From: a bacterium
Lineage (GTDB): Bacteria; Krumholzibacteriota; Krumholzibacteriia; G020349025
Assembly (NCBI GenBank): GCA_031362565.1
Contig: JANLSU010000073.1
Coordinates: forward strand, 86,555-150,554
Direction of reading: 5' to 3'
DNA length: 64,000 bases
Shown piece after piece: positions 30,812 to 39,724 of this stretch. Position numbers and translations under genes: made by a program. Numbering within the stretch: the stretch's first letter is position 1; each line of letters opens with the position of its first letter. The notes under the pieces were generated by a model. It was not told where the DNA came from, ran no database searches, and saw only the letters and a list, made by a program, of their open reading frames with translations.

Positions 30812-31564
30812 ATGCGCTCGCGAACCTTGTTTCGCGACGTCCGCCTCAGCCGGCCGGACGCCGTAGTTTTCTCGATCTCTCTACTCACATCTCTTGCGGT
30901 GCTTGCCGGTACCGCAGGTGCGACGATTCTTGATTTTTCTGCTGCACTCCAAAACATACCGGCGGGTGCGCCGGTCGGAACGGTGACGTTGCCGAACGGC
31001 GCGACGATGCACGTGACCGCAGACAACACGGGCGACGGGCCTGATCTCGCCATCGTCTTCGACTCGGCGCATCCGACCGGTGACAACCGTGATCTCGGAA
31101 CTCCCAACGAGGATTTCGGCGGACCCGGGATCGGCGCCGGTGGGCACCGCGGCAAGCCGGGCGAGAATGCCATCCCGCTTGGCAATGTTCTCATCATTGC
31201 CGACAACGACGCGGATGAAAATGGCGACGGGCTCGTCGACGATCCGGAGAATTCGCATGCCGGAGTCCTGACGCTGAAGTTCTCGCACGCCGGACGTGTC
31301 GCTCTCACATTCATCGATTTCGGCGATGACGATCCGGGACCGCGCTTGGTGCTGTTCGATGACGGCAACGAGGTGGGCGAGGCCCGCGGCCACAACATGG
31401 GCAACAACGGCGCGCAACACCTGGACCTGGCATCGTATGGCGACATCGACCAGGTGGAAATTCATATGCGCGGCAGCCACTGCATCGGCGCCATCACGGT
31501 CGACGTGCCCGTCGTCGGCGTCGACACCGGCACGTGGTCGAAGGTGAAGTCGCTGTTCCGGTAG
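30812..31564 (+). CDS. Exported Gly/Asp-rich protein with a C-terminal TWSKVKSLFR tail
   Basis: Hydrophobic signal ending in TAGA; Ca-binding-like DNDADENGDGLVDDP; GGAG SD before ATG 30812. Confidence 0.75.
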   Translation: MRSRTLFRDVRLSRPDAVVFSISLLTSLAVLAGTAGATILDFSAALQNIPAGAPVGTVTLPNGATMHVTADNTGDGPDLAIVFDSAHPTGDNRDLGTPNEDFGGPGIGAGGHRGKPGENAIPLGNVLIIADNDADENGDGLVDDPENSHAGVLTLKFSHAGRVALTFIDFGDDDPGPRLVLFDDGNEVGEARGHNMGNNGAQHLDLASYGDIDQVEIHMRGSHCIGAITVDVPVVGVDTGTWSKVKSLFR

Positions 31565-31582
31565 GGGCACGCAGCGAGCCTG

Positions 31583-31625
31583 AGCGCCGTCCTCCGAACG
31601 AACCGGAGGGCGGCGCTGTTTCTTT
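31583..31625 (+). terminator. Rho-independent terminator
   Basis: AGCGCCGTCCTCCG-loop-CGGAGGGCGGCGCT followed by GTTTCTTT. Confidence 0.75.
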
Positions 31626-31714
31626 GGGGGCCACGGTCGAGGCGGTGCCTCGATTTCCGGACGCCGCGCGCGTACGATGGTGCCCAGGGGTACTTTGGCC
31701 GTGGAGGGCGCACG

Positions 31715-33112
31715 TTGTTGAAACAGTACTATCTTGGGTGTCTCGCACATGCTTCCTACTTGATCGCCGATGAAACGACCGGGGTGGCTGCCGTTGTCGA
31801 TCCGCAGCGCGACGTGGATCAGTACCTGTCTGACGCGGCCGCGGGCGGCCTGCGGATCGAACACGTTTTCTTGACGCATTTTCACGCCGACTTCGTCGCC
31901 GGGCATCTCGAACTGCGGGCCCGCACCGGGGCCACCATTCACCTGGGGGCGCGGGCCGAGGCCGACTACGCATTCGTTCCGGGCCGCGATGGTGACCGCC
32001 TCGAACTCGGTCCCAACGTCCGTCTCGAAATTTTGGAGACGCCGGGGCACACCCCCGAGAGCATCTCGCTCGTCGTGCACGATCGCCAGCAGGATGCCGT
32101 CAATCCATATGCAGTTTTGACTGGCGACACGTTGTTCATCGGCGATGTCGGGCGCCCGGATCTCATGGCTTCGGTGGGCATGACCGCCGAGGAATTGGCC
32201 GGCCTGCTTTACGATTCGCTGCGCAACAAACTGTTGGTGCTGCCGGATGCGACGCTCGTCTATCCGGCCCACGGCGCCGGTTCGATGTGCGGCAAGAATC
32301 TCTCGAAGGAAACCGTCTCGACACTCGGTGAGCAGCGCAAGTTCAACTACGCATTGCAACCCATGGCGCGGGACGAGTTCGTGCGCTTGGTGACCGCCGA
32401 TCAGCCGGAAGCGCCCGGTTATTTCGCCTATGACGCCGATCTCAATCGTCGCGAACGGCCAACGCTCGACATGACACTAGCGCGCATGCTCCAACCGCTC
32501 GCGTTGGAGGAAGTGCTCCGCATGGCGGCTGCGGGCGCCTACGTTCTCGATGTCCGCGACCCGGCGGATTGGGCCGGCGCACACCTGGCGGGCAGCATCA
32601 ACATTGGTTTGTCGGGGCAGTTCGCGACTTGGGCTGGATCGCTGCTCGATCGGACTCGCGCCATCGTCGTCGTGGCTGATCCCGGCCGCGAGAGCGAAGC
32701 CGCGACGCGGCTCGGCCGGATTGGGTTCGATCACTTGGCGGGCTATCTCGACACCGGGATGGCGGCGCTCGCGGGCCGCCCCGAATTGCTGCGGGCTCAC
32801 GAACGGGTCACGGCACCGGTGCTGGCGGAATGGCTCGCCCAGGCGGCGCCACCCGTCGTCCTCGACATTCGCAATCCAGGCGAACGCGACGCGAAGCACA
32901 TCGCTGGCAGTCTGCACATTCCGCTCGCCCAGCTCGAACGCCGTCGCGGCGAAATACCGCGTGGCCGGCGGCTCGTCGTGCATTGCGCCGGTGGCTATCG
33001 CTCGATGATCGCTCTCAGCTTGCTCGAACACCACGCTGTTCCCGACGCCACCGACCTGGTGGGCGGCATCGCCGCCTGGGAGAAATCGGCGCTGCCGGTG
33101 CAACTCGCGTAG
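31715..33112 (+). CDS. MBL-fold persulfide-dioxygenase-like protein with two rhodanese domains
   Basis: Motifs THFHADF, TPGHTPE, TGDTLFIGDVGRPDL, PAHGAGSMCG, LDVR and HCAGGYRS. Confidence 0.9.
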   Translation: MLKQYYLGCLAHASYLIADETTGVAAVVDPQRDVDQYLSDAAAGGLRIEHVFLTHFHADFVAGHLELRARTGATIHLGARAEADYAFVPGRDGDRLELGPNVRLEILETPGHTPESISLVVHDRQQDAVNPYAVLTGDTLFIGDVGRPDLMASVGMTAEELAGLLYDSLRNKLLVLPDATLVYPAHGAGSMCGKNLSKETVSTLGEQRKFNYALQPMARDEFVRLVTADQPEAPGYFAYDADLNRRERPTLDMTLARMLQPLALEEVLRMAAAGAYVLDVRDPADWAGAHLAGSINIGLSGQFATWAGSLLDRTRAIVVVADPGRESEAATRLGRIGFDHLAGYLDTGMAALAGRPELLRAHERVTAPVLAEWLAQAAPPVVLDIRNPGERDAKHIAGSLHIPLAQLERRRGEIPRGRRLVVHCAGGYRSMIALSLLEHHAVPDATDLVGGIAAWEKSALPVQLA

Positions 33113-33225
33113 AGCAGTTGGTTGTTTCTACCGAAGGACATCCCGACAACCCCCGGCGGCTCGAAACGGAGCGCCGCTTGCTAAACGGCGGAGAGATCCC
33201 CGTTGTCGTGTTTGGAGGGGGCTGC

Positions 33226-34509
33226 GTGGAACGCCCGATCAACCGCGTCGTCGTGCTCGGTGCGAACGGCACGATGGGGGCCCAATCGGCCGCGCTGTTT
33301 GCACGTGCCGGTGCCGAGGTCGTGTGCGTCAGCCGGACGGTGGAGAAATCCGCTGCCGCGATCACCCGCCTCTTGGCCAAGGAACCTGAACTCGCGCCGC
33401 GCTTGCAGGCGATCGCGTACGACGGCCTGCCGGCCGCGCTCGTGGGCTGCGACTGGGTGTTCGAGGCCCTGGGCGAGGACGCAACGCTCAAAAGCACCAT
33501 TTTTGCGATCATCGACCGGCACCGGGCACCCGATTGCGTCGTCAGCACCGTGACGAGCGGCCTTTCCATCACCGCCCTCGCCGCGAGCTGCAGCCCGTCC
33601 TTTCAGCAACATTTTATCGGCACGCACTTCTTCAACCCACCGGCGAAGCTCCTTGCCTGCGAGCGGATCGCGCATCCCGCGGCGCGGCCGGAGTTCGTCG
33701 AGTTCATCGACACCTACTTGCGCGAGCGCTTGCAACGCGTCGTCATTCCGGCGCGCGATGTGCCGGGGTTCGCGGGCAATCGCATCGGCTTCCAGTTCCT
33801 GAATCAGGCGGCCCAGGCGGCCGAGACGCACGGTGTGTTGGCGGTGGACACCTTGCTCGGCGGCTACACGGGGCGGGCGTTGCCGCCGCTCGCGACCATC
33901 GATCTCGTCGGTCTCGACGTGCACCGGGCGATCGTCGACAACGTCTTCGCCAATGCCGCGCACGATTGCCGGGAATGCTTCCAGGTGCCGGAGTTCGTCG
34001 CCGCGATGATCGGCCGCGGGCAGCTCGGCAAGAAGGCGCCGCAAGCCGGCGGATTCTATGGCCCGCGCACCAACGGCGCTCGGCCGGTGTGGAACGTGCA
34101 GCTCGCGGTGCACGAAACCCCCGAAGCACCGCGCTATGATTTCGTAGACGCCGCAATCGCGGCGCTGCAGACGGGCGATGCGGCGGCCGCGATCCGCGGC
34201 GTGTTCGCGGCGACTGAAGGGCCGGCGCGCTTCGTTCAAAAAATACTGGCAAACTACCTGCACTACTCGTTCTCGCGAGTCGGCGATGTTACGGACACTG
34301 CGGACGGCATTCATGGCATCGACGCCGTGATGGCGCACGGGTTCTGCTGGGCGCCACCTGGCGCGTTCGTGGATCTGCTCGGTGGGCCGGCGGCGACGGC
34401 GCGCGTGCTCGTGGCGAACGGGTTCCGGGTGCCGGTGGCGCTTGCGGAGCTGCCGGAGGGTGCCAGCGTTTGTCGGATTGCCAACCCCGCGAAGTTCTTC
34501 CTCGTCTGA
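33226..34509 (+). CDS. 3-hydroxyacyl-CoA dehydrogenase family protein
   Basis: Rossmann VLGANGTMG; FEALGE, GTHFFNPP, PGFAGNRIG and DLVGLD; GGAGG SD before GTG 33226. Confidence 0.82.
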   Translation: MERPINRVVVLGANGTMGAQSAALFARAGAEVVCVSRTVEKSAAAITRLLAKEPELAPRLQAIAYDGLPAALVGCDWVFEALGEDATLKSTIFAIIDRHRAPDCVVSTVTSGLSITALAASCSPSFQQHFIGTHFFNPPAKLLACERIAHPAARPEFVEFIDTYLRERLQRVVIPARDVPGFAGNRIGFQFLNQAAQAAETHGVLAVDTLLGGYTGRALPPLATIDLVGLDVHRAIVDNVFANAAHDCRECFQVPEFVAAMIGRGQLGKKAPQAGGFYGPRTNGARPVWNVQLAVHETPEAPRYDFVDAAIAALQTGDAAAAIRGVFAATEGPARFVQKILANYLHYSFSRVGDVTDTADGIHGIDAVMAHGFCWAPPGAFVDLLGGPAATARVLVANGFRVPVALAELPEGASVCRIANPAKFFLV

Positions 34510-34515
34510 CCGGAG

Positions 34516-34578
34516 GTCCAGGCGCTTCGCGCCTGGACGACTGCCCCTTGGACACCTAGCCTCCACGCGCGGTAGAAT
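34516..34578 (+). promoter_or_regulatory. Hairpin plus sigma70-like promoter upstream of the aro-cmoA operon
   Basis: Perfect stem GTCCAGGCGC/GCGCCTGGAC (34516-34538), then TGGACA-N18-TAGAAT (34549-34578). Confidence 0.5.
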
Positions 34579-34660
34579 CCCTGCCGAACGCGGCGCACGG
34601 CGCCCCGATCCGAGCCCGGATTCTTCACTGATTCACCCACCGTGCATTGGAGAACGTCGC

Positions 34661-35728
34661 ATGTCCGACGTCACCATCACTGCCTTGCGCCAGAGGATCG
34701 ACGCGCTCAACACCCAGCTTCTGGGGCTTCTCCAGGAGCGCGCCGCGGTTGTGCTCGACATCGCCAACCTCAAACAGTCGCACGGCATCGACGGCTACGA
34801 CCCGAAACGCGAAGAAGAAATGCTGCACCGGCTCGTGGCCGAGGCCAACGGGCCTTTCGGGCCCGCCGAGGTCAGCGAAATCTTCAAGACCATCTTCCGG
34901 GTTTCACTCGATATTCAGGATCGCGACCGGCAGCAGAAGCTGCGGGTGCGGCGCCGCGACTTGGTACCCGAGGGTGGGCTGCGGGTCGGCAAAGCGGTGT
35001 TCGGCGGCGGCAAACCGGTGCTGATCGCCGGACCTTGTTCGGTGGAGTCGGCCGAGCAAATGGAGCGCATCGCGGCGGGACTGGCGAAGATTCCGGCGGT
35101 CAAGCTCTTGCGCGGCGGCGCCTTCAAGCCGCGCACCAATCCCTATTCGTTCCAGGGCCTGCGCGAAGAAGGGCTCAAGCTGTTGCAGGATGCCGGCCGC
35201 CGGCATGGCCTGACGACCGTCACCGAAGTCTTGGACACTTCGACGCTCGATTTGGTGAGCGAGTACACGGACATGTTGCAGGTCGGTTCGCGCAACATGT
35301 ACAACACCGAACTTTTGAAGGCGATTGGCAAGACTCGCAAGCCGGTGCTGCTCAAGCGTGGCTTCATGGCGACGCTCGAAGAATTCATGCTGGCGGCGGA
35401 GTACATCCTGGCCGAAGGCAACGACAAGGTCGTGTTGTGCGAACGCGGCATTCGCACCTTCGAGCGCTGGACGCGCAACACCCTCGACATTTCCGCCGTG
35501 CCGCTCCTCAAGCAGGAGACATCCTTGCCGGTGATCGTCGACCTGAGCCACGCGCTCGGGCGGAGCGACATCTTGACGCCGTGTGCGCGTGCGGCTCTCG
35601 CCGCCGGCGCCGACGGGCTCATGATCGAAGTGCACGACCGGCCGGATCAAGCTTTGTCCGACGGATTCCAGCAGGTCGATCTCGCGGTATTCGAGAAGTT
35701 CGTGCGCGACGTGGGGGTCCAAGCGTGA
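34661..35728 (+). CDS. Bifunctional chorismate mutase (AroQ) / DAHP synthase (type I-beta)
   Basis: N-terminal LRQRID...ERA...K...DPKREEEM...SLDIQ; IAGPCSVE, RGGAFKPRT, LLKRG, LCERGIR, DLSH and IEVH. Confidence 0.93.
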   Translation: MSDVTITALRQRIDALNTQLLGLLQERAAVVLDIANLKQSHGIDGYDPKREEEMLHRLVAEANGPFGPAEVSEIFKTIFRVSLDIQDRDRQQKLRVRRRDLVPEGGLRVGKAVFGGGKPVLIAGPCSVESAEQMERIAAGLAKIPAVKLLRGGAFKPRTNPYSFQGLREEGLKLLQDAGRRHGLTTVTEVLDTSTLDLVSEYTDMLQVGSRNMYNTELLKAIGKTRKPVLLKRGFMATLEEFMLAAEYILAEGNDKVVLCERGIRTFERWTRNTLDISAVPLLKQETSLPVIVDLSHALGRSDILTPCARAALAAGADGLMIEVHDRPDQALSDGFQQVDLAVFEKFVRDVGVQA

Positions 35729-36516
35729 AACCGGTCGACCCGCAGCCCGCCGCGGACTCTTTAGTGCGGCCTCGTGGCGCCAGCGTCCCTAAAGATCAGG
35801 TCTTCGCCCAGCCGCGCGCCAAGATCGAAGACTTCAACTTCGGCCACGACACGGCAGTCGTCTTCGACGACATGCTGGAACGCTCGGTACCGTTCTACGG
35901 TGAAATTCAGCGCATGGTGGCCGAGTTGGCCGCCGATTTCGCCGCCGACGGGACTGCAGTCGTCGATCTCGGCTGTTCGACCTGCACGAGCTTCCTGCAA
36001 ATCGGCGCGGCACTGCCGCCGGATGTCGGGGTGCGCTTCGTGGGCATCGACAGCTCGGAGGAAATGCTCGATCAAGCCCGCGAGAAACTGACCGCGGCGC
36101 GCTTCGCACGTCCCTACGAATTGCGCTGCCAGAACATGGACCAGGGCGTCGACGTGAGTGGCGCTTCGGTGGTGCTCCTGGTGTTGACCCTGCAGTTCGT
36201 GCGGCCGTTGCATCGCGAGCGCATCATGCGCAGCATCTACGACGGCATGGAACCCAACGGCTGCTTGATCCTGGTGGAAAAGGTGTTGGGTGAGAGCTCC
36301 ACCTTCAACCGGCTCTTCATCAAGCACTACTACGACATGAAGCGCAAGAACGGTTACAGCGATCTCGAAATTGCCCAAAAGCGCGAAGCGCTCGAGAACG
36401 TCCTCGTTCCGTACCAACTGGAAGAGAATAAACTGCTTCTCCAGCAGTGCGGATTCCGCAGCGTCGATGTGTTCTTCAAGTGGTACAACTTTTGCGGCAT
36501 GTTGGCGATGAAGTGA
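35725..36516 (+). CDS. cmoA: Carboxy-S-adenosyl-L-methionine synthase CmoA
   Basis: Motifs FDDMLERSVPFY, DLGCS, TLQF, LVEK, GYSDLEIAQKREALENVL (Arg equivalent to the carboxylate-binding Arg of CmoA) and WYNF; GTGA overlap. Confidence 0.88.
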   Translation: MKPVDPQPAADSLVRPRGASVPKDQVFAQPRAKIEDFNFGHDTAVVFDDMLERSVPFYGEIQRMVAELAADFAADGTAVVDLGCSTCTSFLQIGAALPPDVGVRFVGIDSSEEMLDQAREKLTAARFARPYELRCQNMDQGVDVSGASVVLLVLTLQFVRPLHRERIMRSIYDGMEPNGCLILVEKVLGESSTFNRLFIKHYYDMKRKNGYSDLEIAQKREALENVLVPYQLEENKLLLQQCGFRSVDVFFKWYNFCGMLAMK

Positions 36517-37277
36517 ACACGCCGGCCGCTATCCCGGCGCCAGCACCGGCGCGCACCCCGCTCGTGGCTCTGGGTAAGGTCTTTTTCCGGAGCCGCGACG
36601 TGACGCTGCCGGCTGTCCTGGTGCTGCTCACAGCCCTCGGTACCGCCCGCGATCCACTCGCTGGACCGGCCGCGGACCGGGTGATGACCGTGCTGGGCAT
36701 CGCGCTCGCCCTCGCCGGCCAAGCCTTGCGCGCCGTCGTCATCGGCCTCGTCTACATCCAACGCGGCGGCAAGAACCGCCGGATTCATGCCGATACGCTC
36801 GTCACGGACGGCTTCTTCGCCCACTGCCGGAACCCGCTCTACGTCGGCAACATCGCGATCCAGGTTGGACTGTTGTGCGTGCTGCACTCGTTCTGGGGCT
36901 ACGTCATTGGAGTGCCCTTCGTGCTGCTCGTGTACGTAGCGATCGTTGCCGCCGAAGAAGAGTTCCTGCGCCGCCAATTCGGTGCCGCATATCACGCCTA
37001 CTGCCGCCGGGTGCGCCGCTTCGTGCCGCGTTTGACCGGCCTGGGTGAAACGCTGCGCAGTACGTCGTTCGAGTGGCGCCGTCTGGTCCGCAAGGAGTAC
37101 GGCGCGACCGCCGCCTGGATGTCGATGTGCGGCGCCATTCTCTTGTGGAAGACCTACCGCCAGGGTGGGTTCGCGGCGCGGCCTGACTTCGTGCGTGGCG
37201 TCGTGATCGCCTGGGGCCTCGTTCTGGTGGGCTACGGCGTGGCGCGCGCCCTCAAGAAGGCCGGCCGGCTCGGCTGA
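36513..37277 (+). CDS. ICMT/PEMT-family integral membrane methyltransferase (LmtA-like)
   Basis: LVTDGFFAHCRNPLYVGN, EEEFLRRQFGAAYHAYCRRVRRFVP and FEWRRLVRKEY; several TM helices; GTGA overlap with cmoA. Confidence 0.85.
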   Translation: MNTPAAIPAPAPARTPLVALGKVFFRSRDVTLPAVLVLLTALGTARDPLAGPAADRVMTVLGIALALAGQALRAVVIGLVYIQRGGKNRRIHADTLVTDGFFAHCRNPLYVGNIAIQVGLLCVLHSFWGYVIGVPFVLLVYVAIVAAEEEFLRRQFGAAYHAYCRRVRRFVPRLTGLGETLRSTSFEWRRLVRKEYGATAAWMSMCGAILLWKTYRQGGFAARPDFVRGVVIAWGLVLVGYGVARALKKAGRLG

Positions 37278-37313
37278 TCGGGAAGTCTGCTGCCGGCGCA
37301 TTCGCGCCGGCGA

Positions 37314-39719
37314 CTAGCGGCCGGCCGCCTTCAGGATCGCCGCCACAATGTCGTCGTAGTTCGAGCCGAAACGGTGCCCGCTCGCGATTGCGTGCTTCTC
37401 GACGAGCGTCGAATCGAGTTGCGGGCCGATCGTGTCCGCGTCTTCCGTGCCATAGAAGGCCAGCATGCGGGTGCCGCGCAGTTGCTCGAGCTCGGGCAAT
37501 GTCGGGCGCGCCGTCGGACGCTTGGCGTCACGAATCAGATCCATCATATGGAATTCGAAGTCGGCACGCGCCGCGATGCCGAGGAGCGCGACCACATCGG
37601 TGCGCTGCCGGAGATCGCGTGGCAGGCGATTGAGCAGGAACGGCAGGACGTCGGCGCCGTGCGAGTATCCCACATAGACGACGCGCTCCTTGTGCCAGGC
37701 AGCGAGATAGTGCCGCAGGAGGCGTTCGAGGTCGTGCGCCGCGCCCTCCGGTGTCCGCGGCGTCCAGAAATAGTGCTGTGAATTCACCACCACGACGGCG
37801 ATGCCGTGCGCCGAGAGTTCATTGGCGATGCCTTTGTCGGTGACGCCGTAGCCGCCGTCGCCAGTCCACAGAACCGCAAGCTGGTCGGTCGCGGCCGCGA
37901 GCGGTTCGACTTCGGCGAGCGGCAAGTCGGCAAGCGAGTCGACCGCCGCCGCCGGCGGCTCGCTGTGATCGGCGCTCGCCGCGACGCGCGCGAAGGCGTC
38001 CTTGAACTGCGGCAGCCAATTCTTCGGCACGGAATAACCATGGCCGACCTTCGGCAGCATTATGAGTTCCGCACCGCGCACCCTGTTCACGTAGGCCTGC
38101 GTCGCAGCGGGGTCGCACACTTGATCGACGGTGCCTTGGAGCGCGACCCACGGCACTTCGAGTCCGCGTGCCGGCCGGAAGAGCACACCTTTCCCCTTGG
38201 GACCAGGGTCGAATTCGAGGCCGCTGCCCTTGCAGAACGGCTTCGTGAGCGGCAAATCAGGGCAGAAGCCCAGACTGACGGCGCCCTTGAACGTGGTCGC
38301 CGGCGCCTGCACCACGATCGCATAGACGAGCGTCGCACCCGACGAATACCCGACGAGGACGGGCTTGGAGTAGCGCGGGTAGTCGAACTTCTTCTGGATG
38401 AACTGGCTCAACGCCTCGAAGTCGGCCGCCGGGTACGAGCACTTCTCCGGCGCCGCTTCGAGTTTCTCGAGGTAGTGCGTGATGTCGATGCCGACGACCA
38501 GCGCGTCGAGGGCGGCAAGATCGTGCGCCATGTCGACGACGCCTTCGTTCCAACCGCCGTCGCCCGACACGAAGAGCACGACGTTCTTCGGCTGTGGCGA
38601 TTCGAAGTACAGATGCACGGTCCCGAAGCGTCCGAAGGTAGCGACGTCCTCGGTCGCATGAGCCGCTGGTGCCGCGGCCATGAGCATGCAAGCCGCGATC
38701 GCGATGGCGCCGGCGCCCGGCGCCGCACGCCGCACGACGCGCGCGTACAGGAACAGGCTCAGCACGAACGGCACGAGGTAGTACACGGCGCGGAAGACGA
38801 TCGCAGCAAGCACGGCCTGTTCGAAGTCGACCCCCAGCAACACATAGACGCCGGTCATCGAACCCTCCTGAATTCCCATGCCGCCAGGCAGCATGGAGAC
38901 GACTCCTAGGGTCACGCCGATAGCGAACCCGGTGATGAGTACACCGACGTGCAATGGCGCACCGAGGGCGCGAAAGCAGAAACCGAGCGCCACGACACAG
39001 GTCACCCAGTCGGCGAGCACGAATGCGAGCGGCACTCCAAGCAAGCGGGGCCGGCTGCGAATCGTCATGATGCCGCGCCCGAGGGTGGTGTCGAGGTTGT
39101 GCAGCGCGGGAGCGAAATCCCGGCGCAGGAACCGCTGCCCTGCACGCGCCAGCAGGCGGGCCACGGCTTGCCGGGCCCGCGCCGTGACGAGCAGTGCCGT
39201 CGTGGCAACGAGCAGCAATACGACGAGCGCCGTCGCCGCGCATAGTGCTGCCGTGCGGCTTTGCCCCAGCGGATGATTCATGAGCAAGTACACGAGTCCG
39301 GCGGGCAAGAGCGACATCATGACCAGATGGTTGAAGTATGAGTGGACGAGCGACGCCGCCAGAATGTCCTCGAGCCGATAGCCGCGCCGCCGCAATAAGA
39401 TCGTCCGCAGCGAATACCCGGCGGCCCCACCCACCGCCACCAAGTTGTTGAGCGCGAAAGATACGAAACCGATTTCCAGCTGGTCGCGGCTGTCGAGCCG
39501 AATCCCGAAGATGCGGTTGATTGCCGTGAAGCCCTTGGTGAGGCAGGCATACGAGACGGCCGTGAAGAGCAACGCCGGCACCAGCGCCCGCCAATCGGCG
39601 CGCGATACGACGCGGAGCGCCTTCTCGCCGTCCATCGCCACCGCGAGAGCGCCGACGAAAGCCAACCCGATGATCAGACTGGCGACGAGGGCGCGGTGTC
39701 CAACGGCCGGTTTCGCCAT
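37314..39719 (-). CDS. Fusion of a lysylphosphatidylglycerol-synthase-TM (flippase-like) domain with a two-domain AcvB/VirJ lysyl-PG hydrolase
   Basis: N-half has about 8 TMs with SMLPGGMGIQEG and FRAVYYLVP; C-half has FVSGDGGW, GYSSGA, WTGDGGY and GYSHGAD. Confidence 0.82.
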   Translation of the reverse strand: MAKPAVGHRALVASLIIGLAFVGALAVAMDGEKALRVVSRADWRALVPALLFTAVSYACLTKGFTAINRIFGIRLDSRDQLEIGFVSFALNNLVAVGGAAGYSLRTILLRRRGYRLEDILAASLVHSYFNHLVMMSLLPAGLVYLLMNHPLGQSRTAALCAATALVVLLLVATTALLVTARARQAVARLLARAGQRFLRRDFAPALHNLDTTLGRGIMTIRSRPRLLGVPLAFVLADWVTCVVALGFCFRALGAPLHVGVLITGFAIGVTLGVVSMLPGGMGIQEGSMTGVYVLLGVDFEQAVLAAIVFRAVYYLVPFVLSLFLYARVVRRAAPGAGAIAIAACMLMAAAPAAHATEDVATFGRFGTVHLYFESPQPKNVVLFVSGDGGWNEGVVDMAHDLAALDALVVGIDITHYLEKLEAAPEKCSYPAADFEALSQFIQKKFDYPRYSKPVLVGYSSGATLVYAIVVQAPATTFKGAVSLGFCPDLPLTKPFCKGSGLEFDPGPKGKGVLFRPARGLEVPWVALQGTVDQVCDPAATQAYVNRVRGAELIMLPKVGHGYSVPKNWLPQFKDAFARVAASADHSEPPAAAVDSLADLPLAEVEPLAAATDQLAVLWTGDGGYGVTDKGIANELSAHGIAVVVVNSQHYFWTPRTPEGAAHDLERLLRHYLAAWHKERVVYVGYSHGADVLPFLLNRLPRDLRQRTDVVALLGIAARADFEFHMMDLIRDAKRPTARPTLPELEQLRGTRMLAFYGTEDADTIGPQLDSTLVEKHAIASGHRFGSNYDDIVAAILKAAGR

Positions 39720-39724
39720 GCGCT

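Noticed and set aside
33226..34660. 3-hydroxyacyl-CoA dehydrogenase as part of the cmoA operon
   Set aside because: It is separated by 151 bp containing a strong hairpin and a separate promoter-like sequence; co-transcription is not supported.
34642..35724. Apparent 624-aa CmoA with a long N-terminal extension
   Set aside because: The extension is an off-frame read through the DAHP synthase gene; the real start is GTG 35725. The same artefact affects ORFs starting at 16212, 32830, 40220 and 61977.
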